Assembly: GCA_050257635.1 (NCBI GenBank)
Contig: JBLMXG010000190.1
Location: 3,992-67,991 of the forward strand
Reading direction: 5' to 3'
Length of the DNA: 64,000 nucleotides
Origin: Chloroflexota bacterium
Lineage (GTDB): Bacteria; Desulfobacterota; Binatia; UBA9968
Below, piece after piece: positions 18,108 to 27,299 of this stretch. Below the pieces are notes generated by a model. The model searched no databases, had not been told where the DNA came from, and saw only the letters and a program-made list of their open reading frames with translations. Position 1 is the stretch's first letter, and each line of letters starts with the position of its first letter. A program made the position numbers and the translations under genes.

Positions 18108-19193
18108 ATGAAGATTCGATTTCAGCGCTGGTTAGTGTTCGCGTTTTTCATGATCTTTTGTTTTTCGTTCAGTTCGGCGACTGTGGCTGCAACCGTGGCA
18201 GATATCGCACTGATGAAATCTGCCAACCGAGAAAAGATTCTCATCGAAGGTGCGAAGAAGGAAGGCAAGGTGTCGTTCTACACCGGACTGATCGTCGACC
18301 AGGTTGTGCGACCGGTCAAAGCCGCCTTCGAGAAAGAATATCCCTTTCTCCAGGTGGAATTTTTCCGCGGCAACTCCGACCGGCTGGCACAGAAGATGCT
18401 AGCCGAGTATCAGGCCAAGCGCTACGATGTCGATGTCGTCAGCGGCAGCTCCGCGGCGACGATCTTGCTACGCGCGGGCGTCATGCAGCGTTTTTACTCG
18501 CCGCCCATCGCCGAGTATCCGCGCGAGCTCAAAGACCCCAACGGTTTTTGGGGCAGCACCAACGTTTACTTCATGACCCTTGGCTACAACACGAAAATGG
18601 TCAAAGCGAGCGAGCTGCCTAAAACCTATGAAGATCTCCTCGACCCGCGTTGGAAGGGGCAGATGATGTGGTCCACCAGCCGCGGCTCGGGCGCGCCGCA
18701 GTTCATCGGCAACATCTTTCTCACCATGGGAAAGGAAGCCGGGAAAGCCTATCTGCAAAAACTCAAGCAGCAAGATATTGCCAAGAGCACTGCCAGCGCG
18801 CGACAGATTCTCGACCTGGTGATCGCCGGCGAATACCCGATGGCAATCCAGATATTCAATCATCACGCTTATATCAGCAAAAAGGCTGGCGCGCCGGTGG
18901 ACTGGCAGCCACTCGAGCCGGTCACCGCGACCATCAACTCCATCGGGCTTGCCAAAAACGCGCCGCACCCGCATGCGGCGATGTTGTTTCTCGACTTTGT
19001 GCTTTCGAAGAAGGGTCAGAAAGTTTTCCAAGCGGCGAATTATCTGCCCGCTCACCCCGAAATTCCCGCGCTGCAAGCCGACTTGAAGCCCGGCGGCGGC
19101 CGATTCACAAAAGTTAACTACTTGAGTCCGGAAATCCTATTCGACCAAAGCAACGAGTGGTCGGATTATTTTGACAAGGAGTTTCTCAGGTAA
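18108..19193 (+). CDS. ABC transporter periplasmic substrate-binding protein (extracellular solute-binding family 1-like)
   Basis: Signal peptide MKIRFQRWLVFAFFMIFCFSFSSATVAA. 361 aa. GAGGAGG SD. Confidence 0.8.
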   Translation: MKIRFQRWLVFAFFMIFCFSFSSATVAATVADIALMKSANREKILIEGAKKEGKVSFYTGLIVDQVVRPVKAAFEKEYPFLQVEFFRGNSDRLAQKMLAEYQAKRYDVDVVSGSSAATILLRAGVMQRFYSPPIAEYPRELKDPNGFWGSTNVYFMTLGYNTKMVKASELPKTYEDLLDPRWKGQMMWSTSRGSGAPQFIGNIFLTMGKEAGKAYLQKLKQQDIAKSTASARQILDLVIAGEYPMAIQIFNHHAYISKKAGAPVDWQPLEPVTATINSIGLAKNAPHPHAAMLFLDFVLSKKGQKVFQAANYLPAHPEIPALQADLKPGGGRFTKVNYLSPEILFDQSNEWSDYFDKEFLR

Positions 19194-19262
19194 GAGCGAT
19201 AGCGTACGACAATAGCACCGACTGTTCAATTTCAAAAAACTCATTAGACCCGCAAGTGGCTT

Positions 19263-20348
19263 CTACAGCCCGTAAAACGTTTTCGCGTTGTCGTAAAGAA
19301 TTTTCTGCACGGCGGAGTGTGATATTTCGCCTTTGTCGGCGCGCTCTTTGAGCAGACGGGGAAATTCGTATTCCATCGACGAATCGCGGTGGGTGTAGTC
19401 GGAGCCGATCATCAGGCTGTCCTCGCCGGCGACCTTTAAGATATACGGCAGATCTTCGTCGACTTGGCAGGTGACGTACACGCGGTTGGCTTTGAGCAAA
19501 TCGGAAGACAGCGTGTAGCGGGCGAACTGACTGAAAGTGCCGGCGCCGTCGGCGGCTTTTTCCATGCGCCGTTTGAGTTCCCAGGCGATAAAGGGAATCC
19601 ACGAGCAGCCCGCTTCGATAATGCCGAAACGGAGCTTGGGAAATTTTTGCGGCAATTGATGGCGGATGATTGTGTGAAAAGCGTGCACCGTCGGAAGCTG
19701 CGAGCGCATAAAGGAGCCGAGGGAAAACTCCCGTGCGGGCACGAAGTCGGGCGTACCCGAGCCTATGTGCACGCAGATCGGCAGATCGAGGCGATTGGCT
19801 TCTTCGTAGAGCGGGAAGAAGTAGGGATCGGCCGGCCATTTGCCCGCTTCCAAATCGCCTTTCTTTAGAATCCCGCAGGCGCCGTGGTCTTTGGCGAACT
19901 GCAATTCCTTGATCGCCTCATCCATATTCATCAAGGGCGGCAGGCAGACCCAGCGTAAGCGGCCACGAGATTCGGCCCAACGGTCGGCAAGCCAGCGGTT
20001 GTAGCTGCGCCGCAACGCCATGGAAACTTCCGGGCGCTCGGTCGCTTCCATCAAGAAAAGCGTCGGATAAATAACTTGGATTTCCGTGCCCATGGCGTCC
20101 ATGTCGCGCAGGCGCGCTTGAACGTCGAGCAGCTCGCGCGTCTCGACCGTCGTGCGCGTGTTGTTGTCGTCGCGCACGAAACGGATTTGACGATGTCCGT
20201 CGATCAGCCAATACCGTGTCGGGGTTTTTGACGGATCGATCCGCGAAGGATGCTGAGTGATCGGTTTGAATTCCTGCTCGAAGTCCCGAAGGTATTCCCA
20301 GGTGGCTTCGGTTTCATCGACATGAGTATCGGCATCGATGATCGGCAT
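19263..20348 (-). CDS. Amidohydrolase_2 family protein
   Basis: MPIIDADTHVDE...GSDYTHRD. Confidence 0.85.
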   Translation of the reverse strand: MPIIDADTHVDETEATWEYLRDFEQEFKPITQHPSRIDPSKTPTRYWLIDGHRQIRFVRDDNNTRTTVETRELLDVQARLRDMDAMGTEIQVIYPTLFLMEATERPEVSMALRRSYNRWLADRWAESRGRLRWVCLPPLMNMDEAIKELQFAKDHGACGILKKGDLEAGKWPADPYFFPLYEEANRLDLPICVHIGSGTPDFVPAREFSLGSFMRSQLPTVHAFHTIIRHQLPQKFPKLRFGIIEAGCSWIPFIAWELKRRMEKAADGAGTFSQFARYTLSSDLLKANRVYVTCQVDEDLPYILKVAGEDSLMIGSDYTHRDSSMEYEFPRLLKERADKGEISHSAVQKILYDNAKTFYGL

Positions 20349-20410
20349 AGCGCACCTCCGGCTTATCGGAGATCATAAGCATAAATAATATTCCCGGTGC
20401 AAAGGTATTT

Positions 20411-20446
20411 GTTCAAAAAGTTCAAGCCGTTCAAAACGTTCAATTC
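20411..20446. repeat. 4 x 9-bp tandem repeat GTTCAAnnn (gttcaaaaa gttcaagcc gttcaaaac gttcaattc)
   Basis: Read directly, 63-98 nt upstream of the 19263..20348 gene start. Related arrays lie at 42936-42971 and 26035-26076. Confidence 0.7.
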
Positions 20447-20475
20447 GCCGGAAGAGACCGTGCGATCGGACTGAG

Positions 20476-20507
20476 AAAAAAAGGCCACTCGATAGAGTGG
20501 CCTTTTT
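20476..20507 (-). terminator. Rho-independent terminator-like hairpin (bidirectional: A-run, 9-bp stem, T-run)
   Basis: aaaaaaAGGCCACTCgataGAGTGGCCTtttt, about 30 nt downstream of the cupin gene stop. Confidence 0.6.
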
Positions 20508-20539
20508 GAGAAGCCCAAATTACTGCGGTGCGCGCGCGA

Positions 20540-21031
20540 TCAGCCAGCGGATTCCGCGAAAAAGGTGCCGGCTTCGATGGGCGGGAGATTACGGTTCTGC
20601 GGCGTTCCCGTCACCACCGGCTTGCCGTCGGTGCCAAGGCGCATTTCCTGGCCGCCCTGTTGCTGGCCTTTGATGCCGGCGCCGACGCGGATGACAACCA
20701 GGTTACCTTCACCGGTATTCAGATAGCGATAATAGGCGCCCTTCGGAATCATCACGCCCTGGTACTGTTTCACTTCGATCTCGCCGCCGTTTTCGTCGAA
20801 CACGCTCATCTGGCCTTCGAGAACGATGAAGGCGTGGTCTTCGTCCATGTGCTTGTGAATTTCGTTTTCACCGCCCTCGGCGTTGATCTTGGTGTGAATC
20901 CACATGTTGGCCGTCTCGGCGACGAGCTGGGTCACTCGGCCTTGTTTCATGTAGGGCGTTTTCAACGAGAACAACGCGGTCTTCGGTTTTTCCTGGTTGG
21001 TTAACTTGGCTGCGGTTGCGCCGGTTTGCAT
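20540..21031 (-). CDS. Cupin domain protein
   Basis: 163 aa: GGENEIHKHMDEDHAFIVLEGQM...VMIPKGAYYRYLNTGEGNLVVIRVG, a cupin two-motif pattern. Confidence 0.75.
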   Translation of the reverse strand: MQTGATAAKLTNQEKPKTALFSLKTPYMKQGRVTQLVAETANMWIHTKINAEGGENEIHKHMDEDHAFIVLEGQMSVFDENGGEIEVKQYQGVMIPKGAYYRYLNTGEGNLVVIRVGAGIKGQQQGGQEMRLGTDGKPVVTGTPQNRNLPPIEAGTFFAESAG

Positions 21032-21098
21032 CTTTAGATCATCCTTTCCAAAATTTGTTGTTTTGATGCGGTTCTAGACCTTTCGCATTCGCTCAGGG

Positions 21099-21127
21099 TG
21101 ACATGCTCCCTCTCACGGAGCATGTCA
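21099..21127 (-). other. Strong intercistronic hairpin (11-bp stem, 7-nt loop) overlapping the stop codon of the 21125..22183 gene
   Basis: tgaCATGCTCCctctcacGGAGCATGtca. No U-run follows, so it is not a canonical intrinsic terminator. Confidence 0.35.
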
Positions 21128-22183
21128 GTTGTTGATCCCGTCTATTTTTAAATCGTAGAGCTTGATCACATTCTCGCGCACGACTTTGCGCAGCACGTCT
21201 TTCGGCAAGTGGCCGAGCTCTTCGGCGATTACCTTGCGGGAGTGTGGCCACGGCGATGCGGCGTGCGGGTAGTCGTTGGACCACATAAAAGTGTCTTGAC
21301 CATAGCGGCTCATGAGCAAGCCGCCGGTCGGATCGCTGAAAAATGTCGCGTAAACCTGTTCGGCTACGTATTCACCCGGCAGTTTCTTCATGAACGGCAG
21401 CGGCACTTTGCTTTTGAAGCGCAGGTAATATTTGTCCCATTCATGCATGTAAAAAGGCAGCCAGGCGCATTCGTTCTCGACGTAGACGAGTTTCAATTTC
21501 GGAAAACGTGAAAGAACCCCGGTGAAGATGAGGTCGAACAGCGTGTTGGCCGCGTCGTTGACCTTGTCATTGACCGCGGTTTTATAGACGTCGAGCCCTT
21601 TGCGCTCCCAGCGGCTGTAGTTGAAGCCGGTGAGGATGTGCAGGTTAACGGGCATGTTTAACTCCGCCGCGGCTTCCCAGAATGGGTCGTAGTAATCGGT
21701 CCGGAACGACAAGTGCTCAGGAGGCACTTGCCAGATCAAGCAGCCGACCATGCCGGCCTTCTTGCAGCGTTCGAGCTCCTTGATCGCGTTCTTGATGTTG
21801 TAGAGCGAGATCATCGGGATGCCGATCAAACGACCCGGCGTTACTTTGCAGTAGTCGATCATCCAATCGTTGGCGATTTGAAAGCAGGCTTCCTGACATT
21901 CGGCATCTTCCATGGCGAACAAGCGCAGGCCGAGGGTCGGATAGAGCACTTCGGCGGAAACGCCGTCGGTCTCCATTTCGCCGATGCGAGCCTTAGGGTC
22001 CCAGCCGCCGGGCTTTTCGCCGGGTGAGTTACGCTTGGGAAACTTCGGGTATCGGCCTTTCAACGACGGCGAAAGATTATTAATCCACAGATCTTCCGAT
22101 TCCTGGATGTGCGAATCCGCGGAAATAATTTTCTCTCCCGCCAAAACGGTCTCCGGGGTGTAGACGGCTGTTGCTGTGCTCAT
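21125..22183 (-). CDS. Amidohydrolase_2 family protein
   Basis: ...ISADSHIQE...WSNDYPH.... 352 aa. Confidence 0.85.
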   Translation of the reverse strand: MSTATAVYTPETVLAGEKIISADSHIQESEDLWINNLSPSLKGRYPKFPKRNSPGEKPGGWDPKARIGEMETDGVSAEVLYPTLGLRLFAMEDAECQEACFQIANDWMIDYCKVTPGRLIGIPMISLYNIKNAIKELERCKKAGMVGCLIWQVPPEHLSFRTDYYDPFWEAAAELNMPVNLHILTGFNYSRWERKGLDVYKTAVNDKVNDAANTLFDLIFTGVLSRFPKLKLVYVENECAWLPFYMHEWDKYYLRFKSKVPLPFMKKLPGEYVAEQVYATFFSDPTGGLLMSRYGQDTFMWSNDYPHAASPWPHSRKVIAEELGHLPKDVLRKVVRENVIKLYDLKIDGINN

Positions 22184-22270
22184 ACTTTTGCCCTCCGTTC
22201 CGGTTTGATGGCGACGATGAATTGGCTCTCAATGGCTATTCAGTACGAAACCCGTGTTGCCTTGTCAAAT

Positions 22271-23158
22271 TCACTTGCTTTGCGCCGGCAGCTTGGTGGC
22301 GCGCCAAGGGATCGGCTGTTTGCTTCCCGGCGTCATGGCAGAGCCTTCCATTTTTCCGTTGATCACTTTGCCAGTGAAACGGTAGGGGCTTGAGCCGATC
22401 GTGAGATCGAAGACAATCTCGTCGCCGCGCATCCGTGCATTGTCGATTTTCAATGGCCCCAAAATATTTTCCGCCGAGGCATTGAGGATTTGATATTCCT
22501 GATCGAAGGCCATCGCGATCAACTGCCGGCGGGTGGTGCCGGGATCGAGCTCCACACGCCAGTTGCCCGCGACCACGCTGGGCACGATCCAAAGATAAAG
22601 GTAGGCTTTATCGGTGCCGTTGGCGTCGAGTTTTTCCGGAACCGTGAGTGAAAATTGCCGGTCGGGATACCACCCGCGCATGTAATAGTCGTGCGCTACG
22701 ATGCGCGCTCCGGGTTTCAGCTCGGACAGCAGCTTGGGACGCAGTTTCTCCATGAAGTCGGGCAAGACATAGAGGGTCACGACGGTTGCCCGGCTGATGT
22801 CGGCCTTGAACATATCTTGCTCGATAAATTTCACCCGGTCGGCTACGCCCTCGGCTTTGGCGTACTGGGTGGCGCGCTCGACCAGCTTGGCATCGATATC
22901 GACGCCCAAACCGCGGGCTTTGAATTTCTGCGCCGCGGTGATGATCATACGGCCGTCGCCGGAGCCGAGGTCAATGACAAAATCTTTGGCGGTAACGTTG
23001 GCGAGCTTCAACATTTCATCGACAACCACCTGCGGTGTCGGTACGTAAGGGAGCTTACTGAGCTCCTGGGCGCGTGACGCGCCGGGCAAGATCAACAAAC
23101 CGTTTGTCGCCAATACAGCAGCGACAAACAAATTTAGAAAAGCCAATCTGCGTAACAT
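22271..23158 (-). CDS. Class I SAM-dependent methyltransferase with N-terminal hydrophobic signal/anchor and a C-terminal beta-rich extension
   Basis: Start at ATG 23158 (GAGGAG SD): MLRRLAFLNLFVAAVLATNGLLILPGASRAQE. SAM motif I is VIDLGSGDGRMI. Confidence 0.8.
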   Translation of the reverse strand: MLRRLAFLNLFVAAVLATNGLLILPGASRAQELSKLPYVPTPQVVVDEMLKLANVTAKDFVIDLGSGDGRMIITAAQKFKARGLGVDIDAKLVERATQYAKAEGVADRVKFIEQDMFKADISRATVVTLYVLPDFMEKLRPKLLSELKPGARIVAHDYYMRGWYPDRQFSLTVPEKLDANGTDKAYLYLWIVPSVVAGNWRVELDPGTTRRQLIAMAFDQEYQILNASAENILGPLKIDNARMRGDEIVFDLTIGSSPYRFTGKVINGKMEGSAMTPGSKQPIPWRATKLPAQSK

Positions 23159-23361
23159 GCAAAACTCCTCGGTCTGTTCCTCGATAATAAACTTATTTGC
23201 TCGTGAAATTGCAAACAACTGACGCCATCCATGGGCGTCATGACCGCTCGTTCGAGGCGGTCGGCTTGACGCCCCGAGGAAATCCCCCTATTTTCTAGCT
23301 CGCACGGCTGGCCATGCGGGCTCGACCGGCTCGTATCGGGCGGCGAGGAGATCAAAAAGGC

Positions 23362-24396
23362 GTGAACTTCGGCTATTATATTCTCAACACCTACGTTCCG
23401 GAATTAGACGGCGGCTGCAAAGAGGTATACAGCCGCTGGCTCGAGCAGATGGACGCGGCGGAAAGCCTTGGCTTCGACTCGCTCTGGGTCACGGAACATC
23501 ACTTTCGTCACTTCGGCGGCATGATGCCGAGTCCGGCGGTGATTCTCGCCGCTGCGGCGCAGCGCACGAGACGCCTGCGCCTGGGTGCCGCGGTGTCGAT
23601 CTTGCCCATGCATAATCCGCTGCGTATCGCGGAGGAATTCGCCATGGTGGACCAGCTGTCCGGCGGCCGGCTGAATTTCGGCGCCGGACGCGGCATGCAT
23701 CCCACCGAGTACGCGGTTTTTGGATATGACTGGAACGACGCGCAAAAACGTCTGCCCGAGGCACTCGATATCGTGATGCGGGCGTGGGGCGGTGGGGAGT
23801 TTGAATGGCAAAGCGCGCATTACCGATTTCCCAAGCTCAGAGTCTACCCGCAGCCGCTGCAGCAGCCTCACCCGCCGATCTACGTGACGGCAAACCGCGA
23901 TCCGGAAAGTTTCAATATGATCGGCAAACGGGGCCATCATTTGATGACCTTGCCCTGGATCGCGACCAACGAAGAGCAGCGTCCGCGGGTCGAGATGTAT
24001 TGGGCGGCGTTGCGCGAGGGCGGTCACCCGGTCCAACACCGAGAGGTCTTCACCATGTATCCGATCTATGTCGGCGCCAGCGACGAAGAGGCGCGCGCCG
24101 AGGTAATCGAGCACTGGCACCGCTGGCGCGGATTTGCCATGGAGGCGCAGAACCTCACGCCGGAAAACCCAGCCTACCAGCGCGTCCTGGCTCACTTGGA
24201 CTACGATGCGATGGTACGCGATAGCCGAGGTGTCTTCGGCGGGCCGGAAAGCTGCGCGCGGATCCTCAAGCGCATCATCGAAGTGGTCGGCACGACCCAC
24301 GTCGGTTTGACCTTTCATTTCGGCGGCCTCGGCCAAGATAAGGTCTTACGGTCAATGGAGCGCTGCGCCCGCGCCGTGCTGCCGGCGCTGCGTTAG
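23362..24396 (+). CDS. LLM-class (luciferase-like) flavin-dependent oxidoreductase
   Basis: FGYYILNTY...AESLGFDSLWVTEHHF.... The start (GTG 23362 versus the track's 23314) is uncertain. Confidence 0.85.
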   Translation: MNFGYYILNTYVPELDGGCKEVYSRWLEQMDAAESLGFDSLWVTEHHFRHFGGMMPSPAVILAAAAQRTRRLRLGAAVSILPMHNPLRIAEEFAMVDQLSGGRLNFGAGRGMHPTEYAVFGYDWNDAQKRLPEALDIVMRAWGGGEFEWQSAHYRFPKLRVYPQPLQQPHPPIYVTANRDPESFNMIGKRGHHLMTLPWIATNEEQRPRVEMYWAALREGGHPVQHREVFTMYPIYVGASDEEARAEVIEHWHRWRGFAMEAQNLTPENPAYQRVLAHLDYDAMVRDSRGVFGGPESCARILKRIIEVVGTTHVGLTFHFGGLGQDKVLRSMERCARAVLPALR

Positions 24397-24520
24397 CCTT
24401 TTATTTCGTTTCGTCCTGTCGATTTGTCCGACCGGCGCGGCCGATTCTTTTACCGGATATTAAATTGACTGAACCTGGACCGCCTGTTACAAACCAAAAA
24501 ACTTCCGAGAGAGGGATCCT

Positions 24521-25978
24521 TTGAAAGCCTTGCAATTCGAAGAGCTCAAGTCCCTGGATCTGCAAAAATGCGCGAGCGTCGGCGATATCGTGGCCGCCAT
24601 GCGCTACTGCGCCTTCGGCGCGCGCATGCTCGGCGAATTGGCGCACACGATCCATGAAATGGCGACGGCGAAGGACAAGCCGCTGCTTCTCTACGACGGT
24701 ATCGAAGCCACGCCGCTTGGCACACTTTTGAAAAAATTCGTCGCCAATCGTTGGTGCCGAAAAATCCTCCGGCCGTCGCAGTACGCGAAGGGAAAGAGCG
24801 GCGGCGAAAACGTCATCGTCGTCGGCGCGTTCTCGGAGCGGGATGCAGCGGCGATTTATTCCAAACCGGCGCGGGCACTCTTCATCAACTCCTTCGACAT
24901 GGCTCGGCCTGGGCAGATTCGCGACGGATTTTTTCCCGATGCTGTGTTCGCCGATCCGCGCTATATCATGCCGGTCATTTACTCGGCCCTCGATGAGTGG
25001 ATCGGCGAAAAATCCAGATCGGTTGGCGCGCTGATTTCAGCTCTGGAGCCCTACGGCGGCCTCGCCGCTCAGGTGGCGCACGGCGCCAAGGCACTCGAAG
25101 CGATGATGAGGGACAAGAGCTGCATGCGCTTTCTCACGATCAGTGGAGCGATGACCGTCGGCAAAATGGATCTCGTCATCTGCGACATGATCGAGCGGGG
25201 CTTTATGCAAGCGATCTCGTCCACCGGCGCTTTAATGGCGCATGGGTTGGTGTCGTCCATCGGGCTCAAACACTACAAGTACAACCCCAAGTACAACGAC
25301 ACCGAGTTGGCGCGCCGCAAGCTCAACCGGGTGACCGACACGCTGGAGCCGGAGACCAATCTCGACAACGTCGAGGAAGTGATCGGCAGGGTGATCGACA
25401 AACTCGAAGGTAAAGAGCCGCTCAGCCCGACCGTGCTAAACCGGCTGATCGGCAAGCATCTGGCCGAGAACTATCCGAACGAGCGCGGCATTTTGAAATC
25501 CGCCTATCTCCACCGAGTGCCGGTTTTTGTTCCCGCATTCGTCGACTCGGAGCTGGGCAACGATATTTACATTCACAACCTCAAGCGGCGGCGCCGCGGC
25601 AAGCGCCCGATTCTGATGGACCTGGAGCGCGACAGCAAGGAGCTGATCAAGCTCGTCACCGGCGCCAAACGCTTCGGTATTTTTTCCATTGGCGGCGGCG
25701 TGCCGCGCAACAACGTGCAGAACGTCGCGCCGTTGATCGAGATTGTCAACGAGCGGCTCGGCCCGACTTTTCCCAATCGCAAATTTACCTACGGTGTCCG
25801 CATCTGCCCCGACAGGCCGCATTTTGGCCATCTTTCCGGCTGCACCTACTCGGAGAACGAATCCTGGCGCAAAGCCGACAAGAACGGCATCTATGCCGAG
25901 ATGCTCGCCGACGCCACGCAGGTCTGGCCCTTTTTGGTGAAATACCTCATGGAGCGAAGAGCCGCTGGCGACAAATAG
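24521..25978 (+). CDS. Deoxyhypusine synthase family-like protein with an N-terminal extension of about 190 aa
   Basis: C-terminal 300 aa are colinear with DHS: FLTISGAMTVGKM, ISSTGALMAHG, VFVPAFVDSELG, FSIGGGVPRNN, ENESWRKA. TTG start after GAGAGAGGG. Confidence 0.7.
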   Translation: MKALQFEELKSLDLQKCASVGDIVAAMRYCAFGARMLGELAHTIHEMATAKDKPLLLYDGIEATPLGTLLKKFVANRWCRKILRPSQYAKGKSGGENVIVVGAFSERDAAAIYSKPARALFINSFDMARPGQIRDGFFPDAVFADPRYIMPVIYSALDEWIGEKSRSVGALISALEPYGGLAAQVAHGAKALEAMMRDKSCMRFLTISGAMTVGKMDLVICDMIERGFMQAISSTGALMAHGLVSSIGLKHYKYNPKYNDTELARRKLNRVTDTLEPETNLDNVEEVIGRVIDKLEGKEPLSPTVLNRLIGKHLAENYPNERGILKSAYLHRVPVFVPAFVDSELGNDIYIHNLKRRRRGKRPILMDLERDSKELIKLVTGAKRFGIFSIGGGVPRNNVQNVAPLIEIVNERLGPTFPNRKFTYGVRICPDRPHFGHLSGCTYSENESWRKADKNGIYAEMLADATQVWPFLVKYLMERRAAGDK

Positions 25979-26034
25979 TTAGAGTCGCCGTAGGGTAGCG
26001 TCATTTTTGTCGGCAAGTCGCGACAGATCTTAAT

Positions 26035-26076
26035 GTTCCAACAGTTCCAGGCGTTCCAGTCGTGAAGGTTCCAGGC
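26035..26076. repeat. Tandem nonamer repeat GTTCCAnnn (gttccaaca gttccaggc gttccagtc [gtgaag] gttccaggc)
   Basis: Read directly, 15-56 nt upstream of the ATG at 26091. Confidence 0.6.
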
Positions 26077-26090
26077 CGGCGAGGTCATTT

Positions 26091-27245
26091 ATGAAGCGAA
26101 GCACGGATCGGATTCTTGTCACTCACGTCGGCAGCTTGGCGCGGCCGAAGGATTTGATGGAAATGCTTTTGGCGAGGAACGAGGGCAAGGCTTACGACGC
26201 CCAGGCACTGGCCCACCGCACCCGCGAGGCGGTGGCCGAGGTGGTGCAAAAGCAGATCGACTGCGGCATCGATATCGTCAACGACGGAGAATTGGGCAAA
26301 TCGAACTTTTCCCGTTATACCCGCGAACGACTTTCCGGTTTTGTCGAGCGGCCCGCGGCGCCGGACTTCAAACCGACATCCATCTTCGGCCGCGATCAGG
26401 TCGAATTTCAGGACTACTTTAACCGCGGCGGGCGCACCGCCATCGGCCATCACGCCCGGGTTTTCTACTGCGTCGAGCCGCTCAAGTACATCGGCCAGGA
26501 CGAGGTGAAAGCGGACATCGACAACTTGAAAACCGCGCTCCAGGAAAAGCGGGTTGAAGAGGCCTTTCTGCCGGCGATCGCGCCGGGCACACTGGAGCAC
26601 TGGATGAGAAACGAATACTACCCGACAGAGGAGGCGTATCTATTCGCCATCGCCGACGCCATGCGCGCGGAATACAAAGCAATCATCGATGCGGGGTTTG
26701 TCCTACAGATCGACGACCCGGACCTGGCCGACGCTTGGCAGATGCATCCGGAGATGAGCGTGGCTGAGTATCGCCGGTATCAAGAGACGCGCATCGATGC
26801 GCTCAATCAAGGCCTGCGCGACCTCCCCATCGATCGTATTCGCTTTCATATGTGCTGGGGCAGTTACCATGGCCCGCACAAATACGACATTCCGCTTAGA
26901 GACATCGTCGATCTTATTCTCAGAGTCCGCGCTAGCGCCTATTCGATCGAAGCATCGAATCCTTGCCACGACCATGAATGGCGGGTGTGGAATGACGTCA
27001 AATTTCCCGACGGCAAGATTTTTATCCCCGGCGTGATCGGCCACTACAGCGACTTTATCGAGCACCCGCTAGCGATCGCCGATCGCCTGGTGCGCTACGC
27101 AAAAATCATGGGGCGAGAAAATGTCATCGCCGGCACCGACTGCGGCATCGGCTCGCGCGTTGGCCACCCGCAGGTTGGGTGGGCGAAGTTCCAAGCGATG
27201 GCCGAGGGCGCGCGCATCGCGACGGACGAATTATGGGGACGCTAA
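26091..27245 (+). CDS. Cobalamin-independent methionine synthase (MetE C-terminal domain)-like family protein
   Basis: ILVTHVGSLARPKDL...IDIVNDGELGK...HMCWGSYHGPH...AGTDCG. Confidence 0.85.
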   Translation: MKRSTDRILVTHVGSLARPKDLMEMLLARNEGKAYDAQALAHRTREAVAEVVQKQIDCGIDIVNDGELGKSNFSRYTRERLSGFVERPAAPDFKPTSIFGRDQVEFQDYFNRGGRTAIGHHARVFYCVEPLKYIGQDEVKADIDNLKTALQEKRVEEAFLPAIAPGTLEHWMRNEYYPTEEAYLFAIADAMRAEYKAIIDAGFVLQIDDPDLADAWQMHPEMSVAEYRRYQETRIDALNQGLRDLPIDRIRFHMCWGSYHGPHKYDIPLRDIVDLILRVRASAYSIEASNPCHDHEWRVWNDVKFPDGKIFIPGVIGHYSDFIEHPLAIADRLVRYAKIMGRENVIAGTDCGIGSRVGHPQVGWAKFQAMAEGARIATDELWGR

Positions 27246-27299
27246 CTGCTCAGTGTGTTACCACGGTGAATTTGGATCGGTTGGTGTTGCCCTGCATGT

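Noticed and set aside
20411-20446. Short tandem repeat arrays as CRISPR arrays.
   Set aside because: The units are 7-9 bp with no unique spacers, the arrays are under 45 bp, and no cas genes are present.
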